Origin: Cirrosporium novae-zelandiae
Lineage: Eukaryota
Direction of reading: 5' to 3'
Assembly (NCBI GenBank): GCA_026023565.1
Contig: JAPETS010000010.1
Coordinates: forward strand, 124,001 to 188,000
Length of the DNA: 64,000 nucleotides
In this document: piece by piece, positions 14,819 through 28,257 of the stretch
Numbering within the stretch: position 1 is the stretch's first letter
Layout of the letters: each line of letters begins with the position of its first letter
Program-made: the position numbers and the translations under genes
Notes under the pieces: model-generated
What the model was told of the DNA's origin: nothing
Seen by the model: only the letters and a program-made list of their open reading frames with translations
The model's database searches: none

Positions 14819-15826
14819 TACTTTGACACTGGCTTTTCCTCGGTTCGATCAATGGAACTGCTTGGTATTAGAGTACAGACAGTTATGAGGATGTGCACGC
14901 TGGGATGCAGACTATGAACAGGCGATTATCGATAAATTAAGGGCTCCTGCGATGGAATGATTATTTCCATGAATGCCATTACGGATTTTCAACCCCCCAT
15001 TTTGACTACCGCTAGTATTTTTGCTTTGTAGCGAATTGTCTCCCTAGTGACTTGAAGCGCGTTTGCTGGATCGTATATTTCACATGGTTTGCATAACCCT
15101 CCAGTTATCACGACTAGAAAAATAACCCACTTCGTCCCGTACATTATTTGTTCAAGGTCCATCTCTAATTTGTTGTATCAATTTCTCGTAGCATCGCTGC
15201 CACATCTAGCCTCTTTAAGAAACACTCCTCTTCTCCCGCTCTATACTGATGAAAGCATAGAATCACTTCGGCTTCTTCGCACTATACGTAGTAGCATGAC
15301 CTCACCGAAGCCTCCATGCCTAATTATAACAACCTTGTCTTTTTGAAGACTATCAACACAAGACACCACAAAAAGCCTAATGAGACAGCGAAAGCCTATT
15401 ATCGCGATCAGATCCCGAACTCGGCATGCAAAGAGTTTCTTGTTCTTGCAATTCATTCATTCAGCCTATCCATAGGCTCCTAGCATAATGGGCCCGACTC
15501 ACATGCCGACCCTTTTGACATGTTACATTCTACTTGCATTCCCATCATAGCAAAAACTTAGTATACCCACTCTACTCTGTATCACCCCCGTCCATGGCTT
15601 TCCATCCAATTATCAGCAACAACGCGGGGACTGTTCGGTTGGACTCAGTAACAGCAACATAATGTGAACAAACCAGCCGGCCCGAGCGAGCGCTCGAGTC
15701 ATAAAGGATAACGTTCCTAAGAATTCAAACTACGATTAGAATTTTCTTTGGGGTCTGATCACCCTTGCAGAGGAATTATAAATAGAGGATCAGCAGTCCT
15801 CTTACTATTCCTAGCTGCTAAATCTA

Positions 15827-15971
15827 GACCTGAATCTGGATTTGAATCGGAACCTGGACTTGAACCTGGACCTGAACCTAAGCCTGAACCTGTTTGAACC
15901 TGTCTGAACCTGTCTGAGCTTGAACCTGAACCTGGACCTGAACCTGTCTGAACTTGAACCTGTCTGAACCT
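15827..15971. repeat. Degenerate (TGAACC)n / TGAACCTGTC minisatellite
   Basis: Many GAACCT-type units directly visible. Confidence 0.85.
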
Positions 15972-17592
15972 ATGGACTGATCGACGCGGATCACAAGAAA
16001 TGCAGGCAGCATCGATGCAGGTAAGTGTATTTATACGATGGTGATTGAGTTAACCCTCTAGGTCTATGGATGTTACCAACTTTGTACTGTTATGAATTGT
16101 GCTCACTATCATAAATTGAACAGCAAGGATATATGACCACTACCGAGACCTGAGCACCATTAGCAACGAGAGCCGCCTTCATTACATGTACCCCAGTGAT
16201 GTGTGTCCTATACGCAATTACCAAACAGGGAAGGGGTCGGTGGAAAGGATGAATGGTTCTCTACAGGCAAGTTTCTTCCCCATCCTTTCAGTCAAGCCGA
16301 AAGCGACGATGAAAAAAATATTATAGCATCACCTGGAGGAAGTGTAATACCAGGGACACAGTCTTGGTTCCAAAAATTGAGCCCTTCCAGCAGGGCCACA
16401 TCGGCTATGCCGTGTCTAAGACTGTTAGCACAAAAGGGAGGGAAGAAATCAAAAATTTGTCCTAAGGGTCAACCCGAAGGAAGCCCACACTCGCTGTGCA
16501 ATGAGTGGTCCCACCCTCTTCTTGATCAGGGTGAGACTAGGTGATATAGCTAGAGAGAGAAAAAAGAAGATAATGGGAAAATCGCACGTACTTATAAATT
16601 TCCATGGATACTACTTTTTCTCCTGGAAATAGAAGGCAGCAATGGTGGAAGAAGCATTCTTTCTCGTTTGGGAAATCAGATGACAAAATCGACGGTTATG
16701 GTAAGCATGTCTTTCGAAATAGCTATGGAGCGATAGATCATTCATATTTGTCCTTGAAACCAGCAGAGAAAAGAGAAGGAAGGAATTGGGCCGGCAAAAA
16801 ATCAACCATTGGCAACAAGGCAAAGCTTTTTATGATGGTTACGAGTGGATATGGTAAGTACCTACTCTTCTTCATGCCGTCCGTCATATGAGAACTTTAG
16901 CTAAACATTTGAGCAAGGAACAATCCACAAGTCTCGTTTAAGGAGAGGCGGGAAAATGGTACGAAACTGTCAAGGAAAGAAAGCCGAGAAAGACTACCCC
17001 TCAGGTCAAGAAGGAACTGGAAAATTACGATCAAATTCTTCCACCTAAAAAGGATAAAATCACGAAGGGGGAGTTCCAGAGAATAGTCAGAGATAAAAAA
17101 GGGGGACAGGAAAGATTCAAAGAATGCCCATACGCATTTAACCACCGGGGACTCGCAAAATTAGCATACCGAAAATTCCTGTGGGAAAAGGACGAAGAAG
17201 GGGAGTTTGTACTATCATTATCATAGTAGCAATCAGTGAGAGATATAGTGATGAAAGGAAGGCGCAATCTGTCAGAGGCTGGATTTAATTTGCATAAGAG
17301 TTGATGGCATATCAAGGTTATACTGTCATTCAAAGGGGCTACATGGTTACTATCAACTTCTAGCTGTGGAGTGGGATATAGAGTTTTGGAGGATATTTAT
17401 TTATAGTGGCACTAGTGTATCTATGTTCACAATAGGGGCGGGAAGGACTAAGAGAGATAGGGATTTACGGATTGACGCTTCAAAGGGACTGGCTAATGCT
17501 TACCCTTGGTCTTTGGGCCGTGTTTGGTTATACTAGGATTATATTCTCAAAGAGCATTTCCATAACCTATAATTCAAGAGAACCTGCCCTTT

Positions 17593-18354
17593 TTATAATC
17601 GAAGCATTTCAAGGTACTGCCTGACTAGGTCAAAATCTCCTTTACCTAGTCCAGGAACATTGATAAACTCTTTTGCGCCAGGCACATCTAGTCCCTGCCA
17701 AAAACTGCGAATCGCCGCTTGTCCACTAGCGACATCTAATTCAATATCATTATTCTCCCCTTTATCCGCTTGTGCAGGTGCCCACTCTATGTCAATCACA
17801 CATCCACGAACATGACCATTTTGTGGTTGTTTTATATCTCCCAGCCTGATCTTGTAGTCTTCTACTTCAAAGATGTAGCCTTGGGCCACCTGTAACCCTT
17901 GTTTTCTAGTCCATAGAGCTCCCATCTTCGTTACTATCAACTGCATCATCTCCTCTGCGGAGGAACCAGAAGGCATGGCGCAAATAGTCATGCCCTCTGC
18001 GCTAGCATTATCGTTGGAAGGGTTGGGAATTTGTGGGGCTTGTGATGTATTTGGGGTTACGGCAATGTAGCTTCGGTCGGGGAATTGTGACATCTGTAGC
18101 ACCTGCAAATATCGTAACGAGGAAGAATTTCTTTCATCTGGTCCGGCAAGGAGGGAGGTAGTCTCCCGAAATAGACGATGCTCTAGTCTCCATACCCCGG
18201 CAGGCTGAGGGTTGTGTAGAAATGTAAGGTTTTCGACTATGTGTTGAACAGGAGAAGGCTCATGTGGAGAGGATGGAATGAAGAAAATTCTAAACCCTCA
18301 GTCATTAATCAATTTTAGTCAAATTAAGAGAGCTTCTCACCCTGTCACGGACAT
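17593..18354 (-). CDS. MED20: Mediator subunit 20 (Srb2), 1 intron
   Basis: MSVTG/IFFIP...WRLEHRLFRET...MGALWTRKQGLQV...YKIRLGDIK...DLVRQYLEMLRL resembles fungal Med20. Confidence 0.8.
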
Positions 18355-19000
18355 GTTTCTCGAGCCTCGTGTTCTGAGGATTAGATGAGTAAGTTGAGGA
18401 ACCAATGTGATATTAGCAGGAAACAAGGTGACTATATTTGAGAGCAGCTATTTGTTGGATATTTATTAAGCATCCTTCATGCTTCAACGACAATTCCAAT
18501 TATATATTGTGGGGTGGTCACTGGCGAGTGGATGAGTGGTGACTAGTGGTGACATCTACGGCCAAGAGAGAGAGAGTGAAGAATGAGGCTTGAATTAAAT
18601 AATTTACTTCTGATGACAGACCAGATCAATGGCCCTTTGGCTTCTCTTGGACGCGGGAAGATCTGACCTTGGGCCTTGGCCTTGAAGCTCAGGGGCGCCT
18701 GTAACTTTATTTGGACTTTACGAAGTTTACAAGGTTTCTGAAACATTGCATTTGCACTCAGCTCATAGCATTGACGTGCTTGACTTGAGCACGATCCAAT
18801 TTGACCCAGTTTTGAAGGAGAGAAAGCCAAATGTTCTATTATTTTGTCTTTCTAATGATTCCTTTTTCTTTCCTTTTCCTTGTTTGATCCTTCATTCTAT
18901 ACAATTCAATTATCTTGATTCTTACGTTCATTCATTCCTTCATCATTCGTTCTGCTATTAACCCTCTTTTACTTTCGAAAGTAGCTATCCAATTGAGAAT

Positions 19001-21004
19001 ATGCTCAAGGCTCGCCATCGTTTTTGCTTCCTTCCAGCTTTGATTACTACCATCCTTCTTATATTCTTTTACAATAACGTTCAAGACACGTCCAGACGTT
19101 TACAAGATCAAGGTGAATCCACCCAAGACGATTCCATCTTAGAGATTCATTGGGTAAAACACCCGGAACGAAACCCCGTCGAGTCCTTTATACCTTTACC
19201 ATCGGAAGCTCCAGTGGAGCTACCAAAAATTCAACATGACTTTGGTATCGAGGGCCCCCGTACCAGAGCCAAACGGGAAGCTCGTCTGGATGTCGTAAAG
19301 GCAGTTTTTGATCACGCGTGGAAGGGCTACCAGGCCCATGCATGGATGAGAGATGAAGTGGCTCCTTTGACCGGAGGATACTTTAATACTTTTGGGGGTT
19401 GGGCGGCTACATTGGTCGATACACTTGATACGTTGTGGATTATGGGAATGCACGAGGAGTTTGAAAATGCATTGGAAGCCATCAAAGATATCGACTTTAC
19501 CACCACCCAAGCAGGTACCTTGAATGTTTTCGAGACCACAATCAGATATCTTGGGGGTTTCCTGAGTGCTTATGACTTGACGGATGGAAAGTATCCTATA
19601 TTATTACAAAAAGCTACTGAGCTTGGAGAATTATTGTATAGTGCGTTTGACACTCCTAACAGAATGCCGGTAGCTCGATGGAACTGGATGGGGTAGCTTT
19701 TCGACTCATGCTCTTGAGAGGAAAACGTTTGCTGATGAATCTACAGTGCTGCAGCTGGCATGGCTCAAGTGGCCCAGGAATCTACACTTAGTGCGGAAAT
19801 TGGTTCCTTGACATTGGAATTTACACGGCTCTCTCAGATTACTGGGGATCTAAAGTATTTTGATGCGGTCCAAAGAATCACGGACCATTTTGAAAAGGGG
19901 CAAGACAAGACCCGCCTTCCAGGTCTATGGCCCGTAGTTATCGACGCTAAATCGATGATATTTAATTCCGATCACTTCTTCACCCTTGGGGGAATGGCAG
20001 ACAGGTAATGAAGCGATACAGCTATAAATAAGCAGACGGCTAACCGATTCAGTTTGTACGAATATCTTCCAAAGGAGTATATGCTTCTTGGTGGGACAAT
20101 ACAGCAGTATCGCAAGATGTATGAGAAAGCCATTGAAGTGGTCAAGAAACATATTTTCTTTAGACCTTTAAATAAGGATAACAAGGACATTCTGTTGTCT
20201 GGTACAGCTCGTATCAATCCAGCGAATCATGTGATGCTGGAAGCACAAGGACAACATCTTGCTTGTTTTACCGGAGGTATGGTTGGGATCGCGGCTAAGA
20301 TCTTCAACCGATCCGACGAACTTTCCACTGCTCGAAAGCTGGTTGATGGATGCATCTGGGCTTATGAAAGCATGCCCAGTGGTCTAATGCCAGAGACCTT
20401 TTACACTGTGCCATGTGAACATTCTATGGATCAATGCGTTTGGGATGTAGATCGGTGGCGAAGTGGGATTAATTCTCAGCATATGAATTATGCCAACGGA
20501 GGTTCAAAGGCAGAACGCATTGACCGTGTCATTGTAGAAGAGACGCTAGTTCCTGGCTTCACTTCGATTGGTGACAGACGATATATCCTCAGGTGAGCAA
20601 ACAAAGAACGAGAGAGAAACCCGCAGAAACCCGGCTAATTTTCAACCTAGACCGGAAGCAATCGAATCCGTTTTCATTATGTACAGAATCACAGGCGATT
20701 ATACTTTGCAGGACAAAGCCTGGAACATGTTTGAGAGTATCGTGAATGCCACGTGGACTGATATTGCGAATGCAGGCATTAACGATGTGACTTCAACGAA
20801 TTCAACGCAGATTAACAAAATGGAGAGCTTCTGGCTTGCCGAAACATTGAAATATTTCTACCTGATCTTTAGTGAGCCGGAAGTTATCAGTCTTGATGAT
20901 TACGTATTGTGAGTACTTGACGGCTGTTGAACCATTGGTATCTGATGCTAACATGGATCAGTAACACGGAGGCACATCCATTTAAAAGGCCAAGCGTCAG
21001 TTGA
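19001..21004 (+). CDS. Class I alpha-1,2-mannosidase (GH47), type II membrane protein, 4 introns
   Basis: [75 protein letters not shown] and NTEAHP motifs. Confidence 0.96.
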
Positions 21005-21273
21005 TTTCGTTGAATTTTTTCTTCTTCTTCTTCTTCTCTTGTGAAATAAAAAAGTCTTTACCTGCACATGACATTGCATAGGGCCGGAGGGAGCATCATC
21101 CGGGGGAAACATCATCCATAGACAATAGATTTCATCTCTTCAGTTTTTTTAAAATCAAAAAAACTCAAACCCCCAAATTCAAAATTACGGTTTATATCCA
21201 CCCATAATCTGAAAGGCAACATGCAGTGCAGACAATAAAAATGAAATAATCATCATCACCACCATGATAAAAA

Positions 21274-22317
21274 TCACGGCCTGACCTTCCCCGGCTCAAA
21301 CATCTCAAACCCCCCCTTACTATCCAAATCCAAATCCCTCCACCTCACCACCCCCCCCTCTCCCCCATCCCCTTTATTCCCCAAAGAAACCGCCGTCGCA
21401 ATCATATAATTCCCCCTATAAGCCCTCAACTCCATAGCCACATTTTTGATTCTGTCTCCTTTGAACCAAATCTCGAAATCATCCACTGTTTCCCCGAATG
21501 GATTTGTAGTAGGGGGACTCGGGGGATGGGGGGGCCTAACATGTCGAAATTCGAGTTCTCGTAACCAGGGCGCCAAAAGGGCTTCGCCGGTCATTTTTAT
21601 GTAGGCTTCTTTTAGACACCAGAATGCGTAGAAGCGGCGGATTTTTGCGGATAGTAACGCGTCCCCCTCGTTCCCCCCATTCACCCCACCATCAATCTCA
21701 CCATCAACCTCACCATCAATCCAATCAACCGGACCCGCCAGCTCTCTCAACTCCCCCTCCGAAAAAACCTCCCTATAAACCCCAACCCATCCCGTAACCC
21801 CTCCTTCCTTTCTGATCATTTCCAGATCTTGTCTGGCGCGCTCGTCTGTGCATACGATGTCGATTCCCAACCTCACTTTATCCTCCCCTTCCCTCTCTCT
21901 CTGCTCACAAGCAACCAACCCCACCACGCCCGCCTGATGCGAAACATTAAACTCCACATTCACCCCTTTCCCCATATCCCCCTTCCCCCCCATAAACCTC
22001 GGCCTCCCCCACTCCCCAACCCCAAATTCAATATCCCGCCACCCCAATCCCGTGATTTTGGACACGGCGGCGTATTTTAAAACTTGGGATCCTAGACTCA
22101 TGTGGCGGTCTTTGGGGAATAGGAACTTTTGGATTTGGGATTGGAGGGGGGCGGGGAGGTGGGGGGTTAGGGTCGTGAGGGGGGGGAGGGGGGAGGGGGA
22201 AATGTGCAGGTCTAGGAGATAGCGGGTTAGGGGGGGGATGACTGGAGCGGCGGAGGTGGAGGGGGAGGGGGGTTGTTGTTGTGGTGGTGGTGGTGGTGAT
22301 GGTGGTGGGTTAGCCAT
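21274..22317 (-). CDS. npgA: Sfp-type 4'-phosphopantetheinyl transferase (NpgA/CfwA/Lys5-like)
   Basis: EFNVSHQAG, LGIDIV and FWCLKEAYIKMTGEALLAPWL motifs; intronless ORF. Confidence 0.93.
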   Translation of the reverse strand: MANPPPSPPPPPQQQPPSPSTSAAPVIPPLTRYLLDLHISPSPLPPLTTLTPHLPAPLQSQIQKFLFPKDRHMSLGSQVLKYAAVSKITGLGWRDIEFGVGEWGRPRFMGGKGDMGKGVNVEFNVSHQAGVVGLVACEQREREGEDKVRLGIDIVCTDERARQDLEMIRKEGGVTGWVGVYREVFSEGELRELAGPVDWIDGEVDGEIDGGVNGGNEGDALLSAKIRRFYAFWCLKEAYIKMTGEALLAPWLRELEFRHVRPPHPPSPPTTNPFGETVDDFEIWFKGDRIKNVAMELRAYRGNYMIATAVSLGNKGDGGEGGVVRWRDLDLDSKGGFEMFEPGKVRP

Positions 22318-25300
22318 CTTTCGTTTTCGTTTTCGCGTGCGCGTGTGTGTGTGTGTATATATTTTAATTTCTTTCCATCGAGGTTGAATTGAACAAACCT
22401 TTTCTCATTATCCTTTCTCTTTTTTTAAATAAACAAAAAACAAAAAAGTGGAAAGTTATCTATTTTTTCTTTTGGGTTCTGGATATATGTATTGTCAGAA
22501 ACGTTCTTTGGGGGTGGGTTACTTACTTCCTGTATCTTATCTTATGTGCATGTGTGTATGGTTGGTCGGATGTATGTTTGTGTATGTTTGCTTACTTGCT
22601 TATTTTGCTTATTAGGCATAGTACCACATCAGTGTTCTTCTCTAGGTACCTAGGTAAGTAGTAAGCGGTCGTCGAGTCAGAGAGTTACGTGGGGTAAAAG
22701 GTAAAAACCGGGTAACGAAATGTAGAGTGTAGGTGTAACCCGACTCGTTTGGGTGTAACCTGTAGGTATTGTAGAGTGCCTAGGTAATCAGGTAGGTAGG
22801 TAGAGGTATTGTGCTCTAAGTAGGAAACTTCCCTTGTTTCTTTTCTTTTTTTCTCGCAAAGTACTGCAAACTCCAGATCCAATTTGATCTAATCTAATCC
22901 AAAAAGAGCAAAGAAAGAAAAATGGACAGGACATAAACCTATATAAATATTGATATTAATATGCCCTCCCCAATCGGCGGTATTTCCCTTTTTTTCGTCT
23001 AAATTTCTTCACGCAAGGCAGTACCACCGCCGCTGTATTACCACTACCTTATATATGTCACACAGGCAGGGCTGCGAACTACGCCCCCAGCCTTTCCCTC
23101 CAGCCTTTCCCTCCTCAAACAGCCCAACAGCCCAACTCAACTCAACCCAACTCAACTCAGTCAGGCCAGGCCAGCTGTCAGCCAGCCTTGTCCTACCCTG
23201 TTCTTGTTCTTATCCCACCGCCTTGAAGAAGGTCCTATCTTCCATACCTTATACGCCCCCAGCCCCTAACCAGCTAACCCGAATCATTGTTTTTTTTTTC
23301 ATTTCTTGGCTTTGTTTTTTTGGTCCGGACTAAACCGAATTAAACCAGATATAGATATGGATATATACTGTGTACTGAGTACTGTACATTGATAGCGGTC
23401 TAGAAGTTCCTACGACCCCCCAAAAGAGAAAGAGGAAGAGAAAGAAAGGTACTTTTGCTATATACAAGACGTGGTTGGTTTATTACCAGGGGGTTGGAAG
23501 AAAAGATATTGGTTGTGATTAATTAATAACTACCAAACTATGATTTTGTTTTACGGTTTAGTCTATTAATATATATATATTTTTCTCTTTTTTAGATAAT
23601 TTGGGGGGTATTGATAAGGTAGGCGTGTGTGTGTGTGTGTATGTATGTGTTTGGAGATTTGTGGTTTGGAGATGTACTCATACCTCGGTTAGAGTTGGAT
23701 CAGTTCGGCTGTGGTTATCCTCGCCAGAAATCGATCAACAATGCCAATCAATCTTAGGCATTGAGTGTCGGGGCTTAAGGGACCCCAAACCTCCGGCTAT
23801 GTGATTCTCAAGCTGGATGGTTGTAATTTGTCGGTCTATCAGCCTATCAGCCTATCAGCCTATCAGCCTTATCATCCTGTACGAGGTAAGATCCCTTACT
23901 TTACGCCCATCACTTGAGCCTCTGTCCTTGTATCGTGACTTGTGGGGCTTATTAGGTACTTTACAGATTCTTCTTCCACGTGATATCAGATGTAGGGCCA
24001 TAGGCTAACTCTGATACTTAGAACCTCATCAATCCATCCTCATTCATTCACAGACCAACATCGCAAAAAATAAATAAAAAATTCGCCATATACTTTACCC
24101 CTCGTGACGCTTACTCCCCTCGGATGAATTAGGAACAGGAAGCATAAGCATTGGTGAGTACGAGCGTCTACCGGCACACTCCGTCCAAAACTTATGAGAT
24201 ATCGAATGCTTAACCTCAGGGGGAACTAAAACCAAACTGGGTCCAGCTTGCTTCCAAGAAAGATAAGTGAACGGGCAAATGCTTAAAGCAAAGTTTGACG
24301 CTGCTGTGTAGGCTTTGGACTAATTGCTGTAGGTGATATCGTGTATGGACCACCACCATTATCAAACTTTGAAGCTAAGGACGGATACCGTAAACGCACC
24401 CGTCTGGGCTTCGCGGGACGGTAAGGTAAATTATATTGGAGTATCGCCGCTGTTGGAAATTTGCACGCAAGCTCCCTCTCTCGGCGGAGCGGATGTTGGA
24501 GATGACAACTTGACTACCTAGGCTGGTGTTTCATGGGCAAAAATACCCTAGATAATTAACACCTTGTTTATCAGCAAGGTACCTGTTAGTTAGCACCCAC
24601 CGACGGATGATATTTTCTCTACATTTTTTCTACTTTGGTTCACTTGCAGCTCGGTCTTTTACACCCCGAACCTTTTCTTGTTCTCCTGTCTATTCTAGTC
24701 TGGTTAAGTTTCCTGGGCGCAGCGTCCTGTTCCTTGGCTGATGTAGGCAAAGAACGAGGGGTGATGAATGATGAGACAAGCATTTTGGTGAAGTAGACGG
24801 ACATCGCGACAAATGTAGATAGGTATATCGGAGACAATGACCATGATGGTACATCCTCAAAAAAAATCAACCTCTTCTCATGGATCATGGCAGGAAATAA
24901 CAGATGGGATAATCTAAGGAATGTGAGATTAAGCAGTGCAGTTTAAAGTAGTCGGATTCCAAGAAAACACCAAGAAAAGCGGCGTCTTTTAATCTTGTCC
25001 GATGCTAATCTGAAAACGTCGCTTTCCTCCGTGGATTCCAACCAACCTCTCTTCATTGTCCAACTTCTGGATTTGCTCTCCACACAGTAATTAACTATTA
25101 GAAGCGAATGGTCTGACTATTACCATCATCTACTTTATCTATCTTGGTTATTCCCCACACTCTAGTATTCTTGGATTTTACAACACTTGAACTTCCAAGT
25201 ACCGGCCATAAGCAGCCCGAGATGGTCATTGGGTTCGACTTAGTGCGGGACTGCGGCTAGCGACCAGACCCCCCAGACCCCCAAGACCCCAAAACGACCC

Positions 25301-26092
25301 CAAGAATTACCCCGGAAAAAAAGATCCACAACCCAAGACTACCAAGCAAACTACTCAGCCATGTTGGATCTTGCATTTCTTAGTGAATTACCTTTTCCCT
25401 CGAATAGTCATTATCATCAACTCTACTACTATGTCTGGATGCTATTTGTTTAGGTAGGATTCAGCTCCTACTGCTTGGCGCTAGCCTACCGTTGTCTCAG
25501 TGGCGTCTGGGCGTCACAATAGCTTTGAGGCTGGGATGACGAGATATTGCCATTTGGCGCCATGTTAATGTTTTAGCCCATTGACTTTACAGGGTCAGAT
25601 TCAAACAATATATCCAGCTGTCGGAGAGGCCGAGGTTTAACGTAATTCAATGGGTCATCTCGAGTAGTACCCGACACAATCAACCTTGGGAATTGGCCAA
25701 GGCACAGTTTCTTTGTCCTCCTACAATAGGCTGGGATACACATCTGGGCATCTGGGCATCTGGGCATTTGGGCATCTGGGGCACCATTAATGTACAGGAA
25801 CGAGGAATTCACTTTGTCAGATGACTCGATGGCTTCGTTAGCAAATGGTTAGCTTTGATGAAATTCATCCACTCTCTATATTCACTCCGCATTCTCCACA
25901 AGTCCTTTGTGCATTTATTCTCTCCTTCCCCCACTGTTCTTTCTTGGTATCTTGGTATGTTGTGTCACCCTTCTTGGCTTGTTTCTACCAACCACTCTTA
26001 TCTTTAAGGCTCTGCCACAGCCTTTATTCCGCTTTTCTTTTACCTGATTTCCTTCCATCCAAGAAAAAAGGCACCACCCCATCCGTCTCACA

Positions 26093-28257
26093 ATGGATCA
26101 ACCAAGCTCCATGGACAATCCGAAAGCTACTATGGACCACATGGAGAAGAAAGAGTATGTATCACTACCTCGACATTCCAACTCACCCTGACAACCTTAT
26201 TAGGGTCGACTCTTATGATACCGAGTCCCAGCAGGAAGGGGTTAATCTCAATAGCAATGCTAGCGCAAGGTTTGTATTTATCCCTGCAAACTCACAGCCA
26301 TCAAGAACTGACCATGACAGAATTCGTAACCCGTTGGCGGGTATTCCTCGGGACCGGCTAATGGCCGATGTGGAGAACTTTGCTCAAGAACATGGGATGG
26401 TGGATATTGTTGAAGATATTCGCAAGGGAGCTTTGGTTGCACAAGATCCAGTCAAATTCGAGACCGTTGAAGGTCTCACCGATGAAGAGAAGCAGTCAAT
26501 CCGGGACGAAGTTCTACATAAGTGGAAGCAACCTTTTGCTTTATACTGGACCGTCATTCTCTGTTCAATTGGCGCTGCTGTTCAGTAAGTTCTGTTATAT
26601 CATCGTTCTACTTGTATATTCTAATGTCACTAGGGGTTGGGACCAAACAGGTTCTAATGGCGCAAATCTTTCGTTTCCAGAAGAATTTGGTATTGGACAG
26701 GGTGATAACCCCAACAGCCCAAACCAGGACCGCGACAACTGGCTTGTCGGACTTGTGAATGCCGCACCCTACATCGCCTCTGCTTTCTTTGGCTGCTGGA
26801 TATCAGATCCTCTCAATAACTTTTTCGGACGTCGTGGCGTCATTTTCGTTTCAGCCGTCTTTTGCTGTTTTTCCGTCATTGGTTCGGGCTTCTGTCAAAA
26901 CTGGGAGCAACTGTTCGTCACTCGATTACTGCTTGGTATTGGAATGGGTGCCAAGGCTAGTACGATTCCTATCTATGCTGCAGAAAATGTACCGGCATCG
27001 ATTCGGGGTGGTCTGGTTATGTGCTGGCAAATGTGGACCGCCTTTGGTATCTTCCTTGGTTTCTGTGCGAATCTGGCGGTGAAAGATACAGGAACGATTG
27101 CATGGCGATTGCAACTTGGATCAGCTTTTATTCCTGCCGTGCCACTGTTTGTGGGCATCTACTTTTGTCCTGAATCACCCAGATGGCACATCAAGAAGGG
27201 CCGGTTCGTCGAGGCATATAAAAGTCTTGTCCGTCTTCGCAACACCAAATTCCAAGCAGCTCGTGATCTCTACTACATCCATGCCCAGATCAAAGAAGAA
27301 TCCAAGTTTATTGGCGAGAGCAATTACCTCATTCGTTTCGTGGAGCTCTTCACCATTCCCCGCGTTCGCAGAGCCACCCTGGCATCTTTTATTGTCATGA
27401 TTGCCCAGCAGATGTGCGGTATCAACATCGTTGCATTCTACTCCTCAACCATCTTTGTTGAAGGAGGTGCCACAGCGACCGAAGCCCTCTGGGCCTCCTG
27501 GGGCTTTGGTCTCGTAAACTTCCTATTCGCATGGCCCGCAGTCTGGACAATCGATACCTTCGGCCGCCGTCCCCTCCTACTCTTCACTTTCCCAAATATG
27601 GCCTGGACTCTCTTGGCCGCCGGATTCTGTTTCTGGATCCCTGAGGGTAGCCGTGCCCATCTCGGAATGATTGCATTTTTCGTCTTCTTGTTTGCCGCAT
27701 TCTATTCCCCTGGCGAAGGCCCCGTACCATTCACCTACTCGGCAGAAGTATTCCCTCTCTCCCATCGTGAAGTTGGTATGAGTTGGGCGGTCGCTACTTG
27801 TCTTTTCTGGGCCGCAGTCCTATCCATCACATTCCCGAAAATGCTGGCTGCATTTACACCACAGGGCGCATTTGGTTTCTACGCTGCGTTGAACGTGACG
27901 GCGTTTGTCTTGATTTTCTTGTGGGTTCCCGAAACCAAACAACGAACTCTAGAAGAACTCGATTATATCTGTAAGTCCCTACTCGGATAATTATCCCTCT
28001 AATCAATACACTAACAAATCCCAGTCGCGGTTCCAACCCGCACCCACATGAACTACCAGCTAACAAAAGTCCTCCCCCACTTTATAAAACGCCACATCCT
28101 GAGGCAGAAGAGCGCAAAACTGGAACCCCTCTACCGATTCGAAAACCATCTAGCCGACGACGACCAGTTTGAAGAGACTATTAGGAGGGAAAGCGTAACG
28201 CAGGGGTTAGCTGAGGCGAAGAAATCGTCAGGGATTAAAAAAATTATCAGGATGTAA
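26093..28257 (+). CDS. MFS sugar-porter family transporter (polyol/myo-inositol-like), 4 introns
   Basis: [52 protein letters not shown]. Confidence 0.95.

Noticed and set aside
21274..22317. PPTase as a marker of a biosynthetic cluster
   Set aside because: Fungal NpgA is normally a stand-alone housekeeping gene, and no synthase lies nearby.
25200..25270. tRNA-like GGTTCGA motif
   Set aside because: No cloverleaf or A-box; I recognised no tRNA, 5S or snRNA gene in the window.
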